From an uncultured virus (IMG/VR IMGVR_UViG_3300033074_002116) (lineage: Duplodnaviria; Heunggongvirae; Uroviricota; Caudoviricetes): DNA of 64,000 nucleotides. A program made the translations under genes and the position numbers. Shown here piece by piece: positions 18,822 through 28,628 of the stretch. Below the pieces are notes generated by a model. That model searched no databases. It saw only the letters and a program-made list of their open reading frames with translations, and was not told where the DNA came from. Each line of letters begins with the position of its first letter. Within the stretch, counting starts at the first letter, position 1. Location: the IMG/VR virus record IMGVR_UViG_3300033074_002116; one strand, written 5' to 3'.

Positions 18822-19312
18822 CGATACCTCCTGAGGTAACTATTGTCCGGCAAAGCACTGGAAAATATCGTGCCGTTCTCATACATGGTCCCGTTTGTTA
18901 CCATATCACTTTCTGCAAGGGCTATATGATATACTTGTGAGTCTTCGTTATCTTCAATATGCGACCATGCGAACTGCTTCTTTGTTGATACCATTGAAAG
19001 CCCCACTGATAGCGACCCCGTGCCTCCTTCGAAGAAGATTACCGTTCCCGAATAAGGTGCGTTCTCTAGGGTCCACGTCCCGATTATCGGATCGTTAACC
19101 TGTTGGATCTGTGTTGGGGGCTGAACTGTTGCGGGCGAGATGATTTTCCCTGAATTCGTGGGTGAAACGAATGTTGTTTCCGGTGATTGCATTGTTGTTA
19201 TTGCAGCGAGGGTGTTTTCTTTTGACTGATGTACTGATTGTGTTGCGCACCCTGCCAAGAGTGTGACGGCGATAACTACAAATGCCAAAAGGATCGGTAA
19301 GATTTTACGCAT
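18818..19312 (-). CDS. Lipoprotein
   Basis: Lipobox LLAG|C, Thr/Pro linker, DPIIGTW beta domain. Confidence 0.7.
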   Translation of the reverse strand: MRKILPILLAFVVIAVTLLAGCATQSVHQSKENTLAAITTMQSPETTFVSPTNSGKIISPATVQPPTQIQQVNDPIIGTWTLENAPYSGTVIFFEGGTGSLSVGLSMVSTKKQFAWSHIEDNEDSQVYHIALAESDMVTNGTMYENGTIFSSALPDNSYLRRYR

Positions 19313-19937
19313 GCCCCATATCCTCTTTTAATTCTTTCAAAAGACCGTACACGAATTCTAAAATCTCCTGCGCGCATTTCTGCCGCTGCATTGGCTCGTT
19401 TATGCCGTAAGATTTTAAGAGTTCGATAAGTTTGTACAGGAGATAATTCTGGAATTTTTTTAATCCTTTCTTTTGGTTGGCAAGATTAATTTTTGTTGCG
19501 ATTGCACCAATAAGTTTACCCGTTTCTCGTATTATCTCTCCCTGCATGTTCTGATCGGTGATTCCGTACTTGGTCAAGATTGGTTGCATTCCCTTAACTA
19601 CAACTTCGGGTAAATCGGTCATTCTTCCCTCTCCTTCAAATGTTCTTTAATTGCAATAACCCATTCAGGTAACTCTTTTCTTTCAATGTAATTCCTGCAC
19701 CATCGCGGTACGCACACCGCAGCAATGACCCACCCCGCGGCAACAAAGACGATAATGAAGATAATTAAGATCCCAAGCCATATTGGAATCGGGGTGCTAG
19801 TGCACATCCTTGTTGCATCGAGTGGGCATGGATAGTGAGAGGCCAGGTAGAATTCGTAGGCACAGAATTGGCCCAGGATGAGGCCAACTACAATGCACAA
19901 TACTGAAATTATGCAGAAATCTTTTGGGCGGGTTATG

Positions 19938-20078
19938 TTAAGTTTCATGGATCTTTCCCCTCCCATCGTTATCGATCCATTTCTGTACCACAGCTTTCAT
20001 GCTGGTCTTTTCAAGAATGGCAATGCGACCCAGTTGATCGTGATGGTCCTGATCAAGCGGAACCGTCTTATTGGACAT
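19938..20078 (-). CDS. RHH DNA-binding protein (46 aa, not in ORF track)
   Basis: MSNKTVPLDQDHHDQLGRIAILEKTSMKAVVQKWID; first gene after a TATA box near 20105. Confidence 0.6.
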   Translation of the reverse strand: MSNKTVPLDQDHHDQLGRIAILEKTSMKAVVQKWIDNDGRGKIHET

Positions 20079-20452
20079 TAAAGATATACTAATGCACTAA
20101 TGTAATAAATAGATTGTGCAAAAAAGGGTTTACTCTTTCTTCTTCTCTTTCTCTGGTTCCTTCTTTGAGGGTTGCTGAGCCTGAGTCTGCCCCGTGTTCA
20201 GCTCGAACTGCTGGCGGAATATTTTACCGTAGGTGAATACTTTTGCCCAATGGGGATCCCGCTGGGCCAGTGTTGCCATGTGGTCCAGCGATTCGGCAAA
20301 GAATTCATTGCCGTAAATCCGCATCTCGTCTGCCTGGAACTGTGCTACCTGTGCATTGTGCACGGCTTCGGCAATCTTCTTATCCATCTCTTCTTTCGTA
20401 AACGATGTCTGTTCATCAGAAGTTTCTGTCATGTTTCTTTTCCTCGGTTTCA

Positions 20453-20971
20453 TTAGTATGAGTCGTCCGTTTCGTTGTTTCCCGTTTCGGGTTCTGCCAT
20501 AGATCGCATTGCTTTCCAGCTTAAGTACAATCCGATTGTGTTCAGGAGTGTTAAAATAAGTAATGGGAGAAGGCAGGAGTATGCGATCCAGTCAAAGTGG
20601 TAAATAGTGTGGATCTCCATGAGCGCAATGGTCTGGTTGGTTGCAATTGAGGTTGCGCCATAGGAGGTAACCTGATCAACGCTGAACGCTGTTGTGAATG
20701 CGAATCCCGCCGGGAACCATGCCATTACTGAAACGATCCCGCGCTCGCCGTAATCAAACCCTTTGTGGAATGAGATGATAATAAGAGCGATTGCAAGAGC
20801 GATTGCACCGACCCAAAGATAGTAAGGAGTTGCTGGCTGGTTGTTGAGGAGCCAGGTCTGGTTGACAATCGCTGTGTATCCTGCTGGCACGGTCTGCGTC
20901 ATTTCAGCGGATACTGAGCTGGCAAGAGCGAGGATTAAAATAATGAGCAGGAAAGCCCGCGGGATTCGCAT
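20453..20971 (-). CDS. Membrane protein (signal peptide plus 3 TM), putative virion module
   Basis: Hydrophobicity pattern; NQT sequons. Confidence 0.65.
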   Translation of the reverse strand: MRIPRAFLLIILILALASSVSAEMTQTVPAGYTAIVNQTWLLNNQPATPYYLWVGAIALAIALIIISFHKGFDYGERGIVSVMAWFPAGFAFTTAFSVDQVTSYGATSIATNQTIALMEIHTIYHFDWIAYSCLLPLLILTLLNTIGLYLSWKAMRSMAEPETGNNETDDSY

Positions 20972-21028
20972 GATTAGAATGTGTGTAATTGATTTATTTA
21001 AAATATTGGCAAGGCTCTTAAAGGGCGC

Positions 21029-21586
21029 GTGATCACTCCTGAGTGGAGAGAGAAATTACGGCAGGCGAGACTTGGGAAAAAAGCGAGCCCCGAAACCAGG
21101 TTAAAAATGAGTGAGGCACATTCTGGCGAAAAAAATAGTTTTTTTGGTAGGGGACACTCTGAAGAGACCAAAAAAGCCATTAGTGATTTTAGGATACAAA
21201 ATGGAATTGCTGCGGGTAAAAACAATCCGATGTATATCAATGGTAATAGTTTTTTACCATATTGCGAGAAATTTAATCCTGAATTTAAGAGGAGGGTCCG
21301 GGCATTTTTTAAAAATGTTTGCCAAAGATGCGGACATGTTCATCAAGAGGGCGAACCGAATATGACCGTTCACCATGTAAATTATAGAAAAGACTCTTGC
21401 TGTAATAAATACGTGATACCATTATTTATTACGGTATGCACCCCTACGACAAAAGGGCAACCTTGCCATTCTATAACTTCACACGATCGAGATTATTGGG
21501 AGATCTGTTTCACTCAATTAATTAACAACAAGTACCGTGGGAAATGTTACTTTACGAAAGAAGAGTATTACAAAACTGATAATTAG
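21029..21586 (+). CDS. NUMOD3-HNH homing endonuclease
   Basis: SPETRLKMSEAHSGEKNSFFGRGHSEETKKAIS (NUMOD3 repeats); CQRCG...VHHVNY...CH. Confidence 0.85.
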   Translation: MITPEWREKLRQARLGKKASPETRLKMSEAHSGEKNSFFGRGHSEETKKAISDFRIQNGIAAGKNNPMYINGNSFLPYCEKFNPEFKRRVRAFFKNVCQRCGHVHQEGEPNMTVHHVNYRKDSCCNKYVIPLFITVCTPTTKGQPCHSITSHDRDYWEICFTQLINNKYRGKCYFTKEEYYKTDN

Positions 21587-21590
21587 GACA

Positions 21591-21613
21591 CTTTTGGGGG
21601 TTTTCCCCAAAAG
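21591..21613. terminator. Hairpin between the convergent HNH and MCP-like genes
   Basis: CTTTTGGGG-GTTTT-CCCCAAAAG, 9-bp stem. Confidence 0.5.
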
Positions 21614-21639
21614 GAAACGCTGCCCAAATTGAGGCGCAT

Positions 21640-21969
21640 TTAGCGCCTGCCCTGCGTAACGCCCCCCAATCCGATGAGCATATACATGATGCCCGCGAAC
21701 CCTGCAACAATCAGGCCGACGCCTCCGATGGTGAAAGCGGTCGAGATATTGCTGAGCAGGTTAGAGAGCGTGGTGTTGAGCGTAGAGTTGGTGATCGAGC
21801 TTGCAACAGCAACGTAGAGTGCGTTGATGAGCACAAGGCCGATGATAAGGAAGGCTGCACCGACCACGATGGCCATGATGGAACCAACGAGGATAGCGGT
21901 AAATGCACCCTTAGAGATGCCGAGCCATTCCCGTACACCTTCTGCTTTCTTGGAAATCTCTGCAATCAT
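21640..21969 (-). CDS. Putative major capsid protein, spindle-shaped-virus type (SSV1 VP1/His1-like two-helix hairpin)
   Basis: Charged 21-aa leader ending SKG, two long hydrophobic helices joined by a loop with NST/NTT/NIS sequons, basic tail QGRR; own TATA (TTTAATA near 22011-22017), GGGGTGA SD, strongly biased codons (ATC, CTC, AAC, GCA). Confidence 0.7.
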   Translation of the reverse strand: MIAEISKKAEGVREWLGISKGAFTAILVGSIMAIVVGAAFLIIGLVLINALYVAVASSITNSTLNTTLSNLLSNISTAFTIGGVGLIVAGFAGIMYMLIGLGGVTQGRR

Positions 21970-22069
21970 AAACAGTTTCACCCCCTGATCACTATATGAA
22001 ATTTAGAAAGTATTAAATAGTTGTTCAACTCTATTCAATATTAATCATTATTAATGAGAGTGTTTAACT

Positions 22070-22306
22070 ATGTGGGCATATCTGAAAACAATTGGCATGT
22101 ACGTGATCGCGGTAGGACTTCTCATTTTCATTGCGGCAATGGCGGCAATTTTTGGGTTTGGTGCGGTGAGTGTGGTTGTGTCTTGGGCCAGTACCGTAGG
22201 GATCTACTTTATCGCAGCTGGTGCCCTTCTCTTCCTTCTCGGATGCGCTGCTGAATCCAAGAAAGAGAAAGAGGAAAACGATCTCCTTAAAAAGGGCAAT
22301 AACTAA
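22070..22306 (+). CDS. 2-TM membrane protein
   Basis: Two hydrophobic helices and a charged tail. Confidence 0.6.
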   Translation: MWAYLKTIGMYVIAVGLLIFIAAMAAIFGFGAVSVVVSWASTVGIYFIAAGALLFLLGCAAESKKEKEENDLLKKGNN

Positions 22307-22331
22307 ATTTCTTTTTTAAGGAGCGTTCCTG

Positions 22332-22481
22332 ATGGACGAAGAAGAGAATACTGAAAAGGTTTACACCGTGCGGAAATTAGGCAACGGTGAAAGGTTCCTC
22401 GTAGTTCCAAGAGATATCAAAGGACAGTATCGCAGGTTTATTGAAGATGAAGGAAAGAAGATTACTTTTGTAAAGGTTTGA
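22332..22481 (+). CDS. AbrB/MazE-like small DNA-binding protein (49 aa, not in ORF track)
   Basis: VYTVRKLGNGERFLVVPRDIK...EGKKITFVKV. Confidence 0.55.
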   Translation: MDEEENTEKVYTVRKLGNGERFLVVPRDIKGQYRRFIEDEGKKITFVKV

Positions 22482-22483
22482 TC

Positions 22484-23537
22484 TCACTTGTGTATGTGGA
22501 TATGAATCTCTTTTGAATCTCCGCTTTTCTTTTTCTCATTATTCTTTTGGTGCGGCTGCTTCTTTTTTTCCTGTATCCCAAATGAGTCGTCGAATGGGTT
22601 GCTTCCCCCGCCAAAGCTGGGCAGGAATTCCATATCCATATTCTTATATCGCTTTGCTGCTGCGTCTTTTGCGCCGGGTTTATCATATCCATACAGCTTG
22701 TCGCGCACATCCACAATCTTGCCTAAAATACCCCGGGCTTTCCCTAATCCTGACTCCAGGTTATCAGTAAACTCCCCGGCCCCGCTCTTGGTTACGGGAT
22801 GCTGCTCGTCAAAATACTCTGCTTCTTCTTCGTAGTCTTTCAGGACTTCTTTGGGTAATGGCTGTGGCATAAAAATAAGAGAGTTAGAAGAGATCGATTA
22901 GCGAGTCGGGAACGCACATGGGATCGTCAATGGCACAGGTTCCTGCGCGCCGGGATCCGCGCTCTTTCTTTCCTTTCTTCGCAGAAGGAGCACGACGGCC
23001 AACCGGCACAGGATTTAACCAGCTTCCCCCGCCAAAGCCGAAGAAGTTAATGTCGCCCACAGGAGATGATGCTGATTTACCGGTGTTTCTTGATAATCGT
23101 TTCCCCCGGGATGCCTGGTCGAGCCGTTCGCCACGGTCATGTACCGGGTAACCGTAAAGATCGTCGCGGAATGCCACGACATCGTTTAAGAGTCCGCGGC
23201 CTTTTCTTTCTACCCGTTCCCCGCGGGTTTCTTTGTGGATGCTGGAAGTGTTTGCCCTGCGTGGGGTGCGCCAGTCTGAAGAGTCCTGCCCGAAGATATC
23301 GGAATCGTGATAGGGTTTGCGATCATCTACTTCGGTAAAGTCTACATCGATGGTGCGGTCGTTGGCATAACTCTTGCGGGATTCTGCGTGCTCTGTCGAG
23401 ACCGCATTGTCGTTTGAGGACGTGACACTGGTACCGGGCCCAAGCTGTTTCTGTCTCCTGTGAAATTTTCCGCCTTCGATTTCAGATATGTCGGAATCTT
23501 CTACCATGGGTTTACCTTCTGGCATTCCTTGCTGCAA
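22484..23537 (-). other. Two paralogous low-complexity charged proteins (22484-22870, 22884-23537)
   Basis: Shared RG[IL]L..[IV]V..RD.LYGY and FGGGS..NP-like motifs. Confidence 0.65.
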
Positions 23538-23715
23538 TAACCCTGCGTTTCAGTTTGAGAGTTACCGGATATCCGCGGACGTGTGTGTCGATATTTGCTT
23601 CGGCAATTTCGTCAAGCAATCCTTCAGGTAATTTCTGATCGCAGGGGTACCCAAGCTGTCGGTGAAGCGCGCACGGGTGGCGGCTGAATGCTTCCTGCTC
23701 CCAGCGATCTACCAT
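23512..23715 (-). CDS. Small basic viral protein
   Basis: HPCALHRQLGYPCDQKLP...LKRRVIAAR resembles a small basic phage protein pattern (PGALH..LG.P...K.P). Confidence 0.55.
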   Translation of the reverse strand: MVDRWEQEAFSRHPCALHRQLGYPCDQKLPEGLLDEIAEANIDTHVRGYPVTLKLKRRVIAARNARR

Positions 23716-23723
23716 AGTGCACC

Positions 23724-23879
23724 TCAGACCCGCGGCTTCCTAAGCGGGTGAGTGAATCCGCATTCCTCTACATGGGAGAGGTGATCATTGAAGTGTTCTG
23801 AATGCGGGCGGGGCATTCCGTGCATGTTGTCGTCTGCCATTTCGGTCAGGCTTCGGGATTCATCAAAGATCTTCTTCAT
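23724..23879 (-). CDS. Microprotein family member 3 (51 aa)
   Basis: MKKIFDESRSLTEMADDNMHGMPRPHSEHFNDHLSHVEECGFTHPLRKPRV. Confidence 0.65.
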   Translation of the reverse strand: MKKIFDESRSLTEMADDNMHGMPRPHSEHFNDHLSHVEECGFTHPLRKPRV

Positions 23880-23892
23880 AACGTGCCTCCGT

Positions 23893-24054
23893 TCAGGGGA
23901 ATTTCATTGTGCGATGCGGGTGCTGGAACCCGTGAGTCTGCACATGCTCTTCGAGCCCGGATGCAAATGGGTGTTCCGGCACGGTATCCATGGTATGGGC
24001 CTGCTGTTCGCTCATTTCAATTGCACAACCCATAATTGATTTGTCCTTTACCAT
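23893..24054 (-). CDS. Microprotein family member 2 (53 aa)
   Basis: MVKDKSIMGCAIEMSEQQAHTMDTVPEHPFASGLEEHVQTHGFQHPHRTMKFP. Confidence 0.65.
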   Translation of the reverse strand: MVKDKSIMGCAIEMSEQQAHTMDTVPEHPFASGLEEHVQTHGFQHPHRTMKFP

Positions 24055-24055
24055 A

Positions 24056-24211
24056 TCAGTCCCTCTGGTGTTTGCTATGGCACGGGCTTTTAAACCCGAG
24101 ATCATGTACGCGTTCCTTTGCAGCATTGAAAGTCTGACCAGGACATTCTGGCGTGCGGCTTCCAAGATGATCTGCAACCTCTGCAACGCTTCTGTGTGGC
24201 GATTCTTTCAT
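24056..24211 (-). CDS. Microprotein family member 1 (51 aa)
   Basis: MKESPHRSVAEVADHLGSRTPECPGQTFNAAKERVHDLGFKSPCHSKHQRD; follows TTTATTAT near 24236-24243. Confidence 0.65.
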   Translation of the reverse strand: MKESPHRSVAEVADHLGSRTPECPGQTFNAAKERVHDLGFKSPCHSKHQRD

Positions 24212-24610
24212 AACCGAATATAAGCGTGTTGAGGATAATAAAGGTTTTGCAGAATTTTTGATTAGATAATACTCTGGCGTTCAAGGAGTTTTAATCCGCG
24301 TCGAATCTGGTTGTTTGTTTGTAGTTCCAGATCCCGTTTTCTCTGGCAGCCCCAGCATCGTGAGAGTTCGCAATGCTTCGCTACGAAGGAACAGTGTTGT
24401 TTCATTGCACGGATTTCAAGAATGCGGGACTGATCGTTTTGCATCTCAAAAAAAGGGTTCTCTCTTTTCCACATAGCATTCCCGGTAAATTTTTTCTTTT
24501 TCGGGGCATTGCGCCTTACGAGATCAAATACTTCTCGTTCGGTATGTCCTGTGATGCCATCCGGGTTTTCTTGGGATTTCATGATCTTGGTAAATCCCAT
24601 TTCTTTTCCC

Positions 24611-25696
24611 TCACTTTGCCGGGGCAGACATAAACGCAAAGATTACGCGCACGACAAAGATGATTGCCGCAAATCCCAGGCCACCACCAATAATTAACGG
24701 GATGTATTTGTTGATCAGGTTCTTTGAATTCTCTTCGTCGTCTTTTGCCTGCTGTCTCCGGGCACCTGCCTGTTCGTTGTCTTCGATAGTTACCGGGAAT
24801 GCCGAGTCTATCCTAATCCAGGGGATTGTGACTGTTGGTTCTATATGGGGAAGCATTTTGTCTTTGGTTTCTTGGGTAATGCTTTTCCCATCCAATAACA
24901 TTCTCTGAAATTTCATATAAGATTCTACGCGGTCATTGGGATTGGTTTCGTTCCACATTTCCCGGAATCTTTCTATCTCTTTGTGCTGGATTGAGCTGCG
25001 GATCGTCCAGCGCCCCGCATCAAGGATCTGGTCGGTATCGGTCCCACCAACTGTTGTTGAAGAAGTCTGATCCCAATCTGCTTCTCCCTCCAACTTTTTG
25101 GCGATCTCCACGTCCATGTTGCGGTGCCCGAACTTGTAAAGGATGGCATGCATCCAGTCCAGTTCAGACGGATCGAGATACGCAAGGGGATAATAGAACA
25201 AGAATTTCTGGAGCCCTTTTAATATGGCTTCGTAATTTATCGGGAGAGCGCAAAGGATGCCACCGATAATTAATCCGACTAAGAATCCCCATAACCCGAA
25301 GATCAGTATTCCGATTGTCATTAAGATAATCAGGATAATGAACGAGATTCCTTTTGAGAGGAGATTCTTTGGCAGGCCCCAGTCGAAGTCTTCCAGGAGG
25401 TAGGTGCACTTTGAGTAATCGCAGATTACTTTTGCCTGTGCTTCACTCCATAATTCCATGACCAGGTTTATATTGAAGATAAACGCTGCTTTGCTCTGCG
25501 CCTTGAACGCAAAGAATAATCCCCAGAGCGGTTTGTATTTCTCCCATACGCCGTACCGGAAAGCCAGCCATGTGCATATGGCGAAGAATGTTATGAATAT
25601 CCAGAACCACCCGTAAATGGGGATCCCAAAGAAGGGATCTACGATATCGAATAGTCCGCCGAAAAATAATACTTGTCCTGCCATGTTATTTACCAA
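24611..25696 (-). CDS. Multi-pass membrane protein of the morphogenesis module
   Basis: N-terminal, internal and C-terminal TM segments. Confidence 0.75.
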   Translation of the reverse strand: MVNNMAGQVLFFGGLFDIVDPFFGIPIYGWFWIFITFFAICTWLAFRYGVWEKYKPLWGLFFAFKAQSKAAFIFNINLVMELWSEAQAKVICDYSKCTYLLEDFDWGLPKNLLSKGISFIILIILMTIGILIFGLWGFLVGLIIGGILCALPINYEAILKGLQKFLFYYPLAYLDPSELDWMHAILYKFGHRNMDVEIAKKLEGEADWDQTSSTTVGGTDTDQILDAGRWTIRSSIQHKEIERFREMWNETNPNDRVESYMKFQRMLLDGKSITQETKDKMLPHIEPTVTIPWIRIDSAFPVTIEDNEQAGARRQQAKDDEENSKNLINKYIPLIIGGGLGFAAIIFVVRVIFAFMSAPAK

Positions 25697-26603
25697 ATCC
25701 TATCGGTGCGTACATTGCTGCAAAGATCACAATTCCTACAAACACTACGGTAATTCCCAGTGGCAGGACTTTTCCCCAGATACCTTCATCTTTGAGGCGT
25801 TCTCTTAACCTGCGGGATTTCCTGAGGAATATGCCTCCCTGTAAATCCCCGTCTCTCCCTTTGGGAAAATATTTCCTGAATTTTGTATGGTTGAAGAATG
25901 AATACGATGGGATGGGCAGGCCATTGGGGTATAATTGCTCCAATACTTTTCTTCCGTAACTCCGGTAATCGCTGAATGAGGAGATTGGTTTTACTACAAG
26001 GGAGTTAAACTGGTGTTCTCTTTTGTACTTCTCTAGTTCTTCCTGATTGTTGTTGAAGATCTCGCAAGCTTCGCAGAGAGCTATTTCCGATACCGGATCC
26101 CGGGTGGTGTCGAAATCGTCAGATACCATCACGGCATTCTGGCCGCCAAGGGTAATTGTCGCAAAGATAGAACGGTGCACCCATTTGGTAATTTTTACAT
26201 TGGCGGGGAAGTGGACCATGGACCCCCAGTACTTCAGGCATTCGATGGTAAGCTTTTTTGTTTTCCCGAATATCCACGTCTGGAGATCTTCCTGCGTTCC
26301 TTTGTCTGCGGCGGTAACATATCCTTTTACTGCGTTCATTCTGCGCAGTTTGAATATCCATGAGAGCAGGACATACAGAAACATCAGGACAAACCCTGCG
26401 GAAATAAATAACCATAGGGGTAGGCCAATTGTTCCGTTTGCTAAAGTAATTGGGGACCAGTCCAATACGTTCAGGTGCATTGCGCTTTCCGATACGGTTG
26501 CCTGGACACCCCCGATATTTACCTGCGCTAATGTTGGCGTGACGTTTGGCAGCGGCACTTGGTCTGCTATAAGCACCGTTGGATCGGCAATAAACGGTAT
26601 CAT
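25686..26603 (-). CDS. Membrane protein (N- and C-terminal TM) of the morphogenesis module
   Basis: TM-soluble domain-TM layout, similar to its neighbour. Confidence 0.75.
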   Translation of the reverse strand: MIPFIADPTVLIADQVPLPNVTPTLAQVNIGGVQATVSESAMHLNVLDWSPITLANGTIGLPLWLFISAGFVLMFLYVLLSWIFKLRRMNAVKGYVTAADKGTQEDLQTWIFGKTKKLTIECLKYWGSMVHFPANVKITKWVHRSIFATITLGGQNAVMVSDDFDTTRDPVSEIALCEACEIFNNNQEELEKYKREHQFNSLVVKPISSFSDYRSYGRKVLEQLYPNGLPIPSYSFFNHTKFRKYFPKGRDGDLQGGIFLRKSRRLRERLKDEGIWGKVLPLGITVVFVGIVIFAAMYAPIGFGK

Positions 26604-27504
26604 CGCTTCCCCCAGTTTAACGGATTTAAGAAAGAGAAGGTGCTTGGCGCACTCTGCTGTTGCTGCGGCATTTTGACGACCTGCTCATTCTGGTGGCGCG
26701 TGGTGATGATTGCCGATACCGGAGTAAGGCCATCCATCCGGAATTGTCCGCCTGCGGGCATGATTGCACGGAGCCGGAAGATCATATCACACACGTCTGC
26801 GAGTGCCACGTTCTCCATGCCTTCGCTGTGCGATTCTGCCAGAATGTCTGAGAAGTCCCGGGTAAGTTCGTGATACATTGAGATATCGTAGTTGGGGATC
26901 TTGGGAATCAAGTTCATGAAGTACCCTATCAGCACCAGATAATCTCCGATCTTGTCCGGCTCTGTCGGCAGCTGTCCCTCGAACAGCATGGTCATCATCT
27001 TAGCATCGAACCCGGTACCGGACTTCCTACCTCCACCCGCATCGGCAAACCCGCTCTGGTATGCCTGGTCTATTGCGGTCGATGCAATAATGTCCTTGCT
27101 TTTCATGTCGTTCGGAGAGATAGTGCCTATGTCGCCTGCGCTCATTTCTTACCTCCGGGAATTACAAAAGAATCTGATTTCATTATGGCCCAGTCATCGT
27201 TGTAAATCAAGACCCCAACTTTGTCTATAATCTTTTCACAATCCTGAACGGCTACAGCCCACCCAATTATCTCTTCTCCTTTTTCGTCGAGATTGGAGGT
27301 GTATTTTGTCCATGCTTCATTTGCATCCCTCAGGCATTCTGCAATAAGATCGTCATAAGTCTGATTCTTCAGGAGCTTTGATGAAATAATAAGATTACTT
27401 ATGAGCTTTCTTGTATTCGGGACCATTACACTCGGGTCATTGCTCCTTGAAAGAACATACAATGCCCAGTTATCTCCTTTTAACTGATCGGGTAATTTAT
27501 CCAT
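26600..27504 (-). other. Two helical hypothetical proteins (26600-27145, 27142-27504)
   Basis: Translationally coupled to the ATPase operon. Confidence 0.7.
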
Positions 27505-28628
27505 TATTCCTCTCCATTTTCAATTACACTTAAAAGCCGGTAAATCTGTTCGGATGTGCACCCGGTCTTTCTCTGGAGAAGCCGTATATTGGCTTCCCCT
27601 TTATTTTCTTCAATTGCCTTTTTCATTATCGGGATCATTTTTTCTTTTAGATCGTCCCATTTCTTCTCTCTCTTTCCTCTTGGATCCGCCATGTCTTCTT
27701 CCATGTCTGCGGTTTCATCAATAATCCTCCGCGCTGCTTCATCCCGCATTACATCGTATTTATCTGCATATCCTTTGTAGGGCTCAAATATATCCGGATG
27801 AAATGCACACCAGAGATCGAATTTCCTGTCGAAAAACGAGAGCCGCTTTTCATAGAATTTTTTCTTATTAAACCGTAACTTTACATCGGATGAGTTTATC
27901 TTTACCAGGTTAAATCCATTGGCGTGGAATGGCTTGTAGATACCAATTTTAAAATCCGTGAGTTCCCTGACGCCGAGATCGACCTGGCTGGCCATGGGGG
28001 AGTTGAGGCATACTACCCAACGCATCGTCCGGCAGACCGATAGGATCTTGTTGAAGTTTTTATTTTTCTGGAGCGCGAAATCCCTGTTGCCTATCGCTAC
28101 CTGACTGTCATCAATAATAAGGAACTGTCGTTTCTTTGCGCGCTGGAGAATTCTTGATATGGCTTTTGTATCCTCAAGAAGGGCGCAGTTATCCAGAGTG
28201 AAATAATCTAATGGGCTGCCCCCGTTAAAGGCTGCCATATCGATTGCGTACCGTATGGCAAGCGAGATCGAGGTGTATGATTTCCCATCCCCTTTGTCTC
28301 CCTCGACAGTAAAAGATACATCGAGCTTATCCATACCACTTGTTCTTCCCACGAGGAATTCGCTAAATGGAGATGGTGGGATCGGCAGGCACTCGTTAAA
28401 TATTATTGTGCATAATTCTGCCATTCGCTTTACTGCTGAAGGATTCTTTGCCCCGAGATCGACATAACCTTTGGTATAAATATCCATGAGGTTTATGTCT
28501 TTTATTGCCGAGTGTTTTTTAAGAAATTCCGGGTCGGAACATACCGTTATTTTATCGATATCGTCCTGCCCTATTTTCAGAATGCTTTTGCTATTGTAGA
28601 TGGTGCGCGAGCCAAAAGGATCGATCAT
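27504..28628 (-). CDS. P-loop ATPase, putative assembly/extrusion ATPase, with C-terminal HTH
   Basis: Walker A GDKGDGKS, Walker B FLIIDDS, VDLGVREL; C-terminal IRLLQRKTGCTSEQIYRLL. Confidence 0.85.
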   Translation of the reverse strand: MIDPFGSRTIYNSKSILKIGQDDIDKITVCSDPEFLKKHSAIKDINLMDIYTKGYVDLGAKNPSAVKRMAELCTIIFNECLPIPPSPFSEFLVGRTSGMDKLDVSFTVEGDKGDGKSYTSISLAIRYAIDMAAFNGGSPLDYFTLDNCALLEDTKAISRILQRAKKRQFLIIDDSQVAIGNRDFALQKNKNFNKILSVCRTMRWVVCLNSPMASQVDLGVRELTDFKIGIYKPFHANGFNLVKINSSDVKLRFNKKKFYEKRLSFFDRKFDLWCAFHPDIFEPYKGYADKYDVMRDEAARRIIDETADMEEDMADPRGKREKKWDDLKEKMIPIMKKAIEENKGEANIRLLQRKTGCTSEQIYRLLSVIENGEE

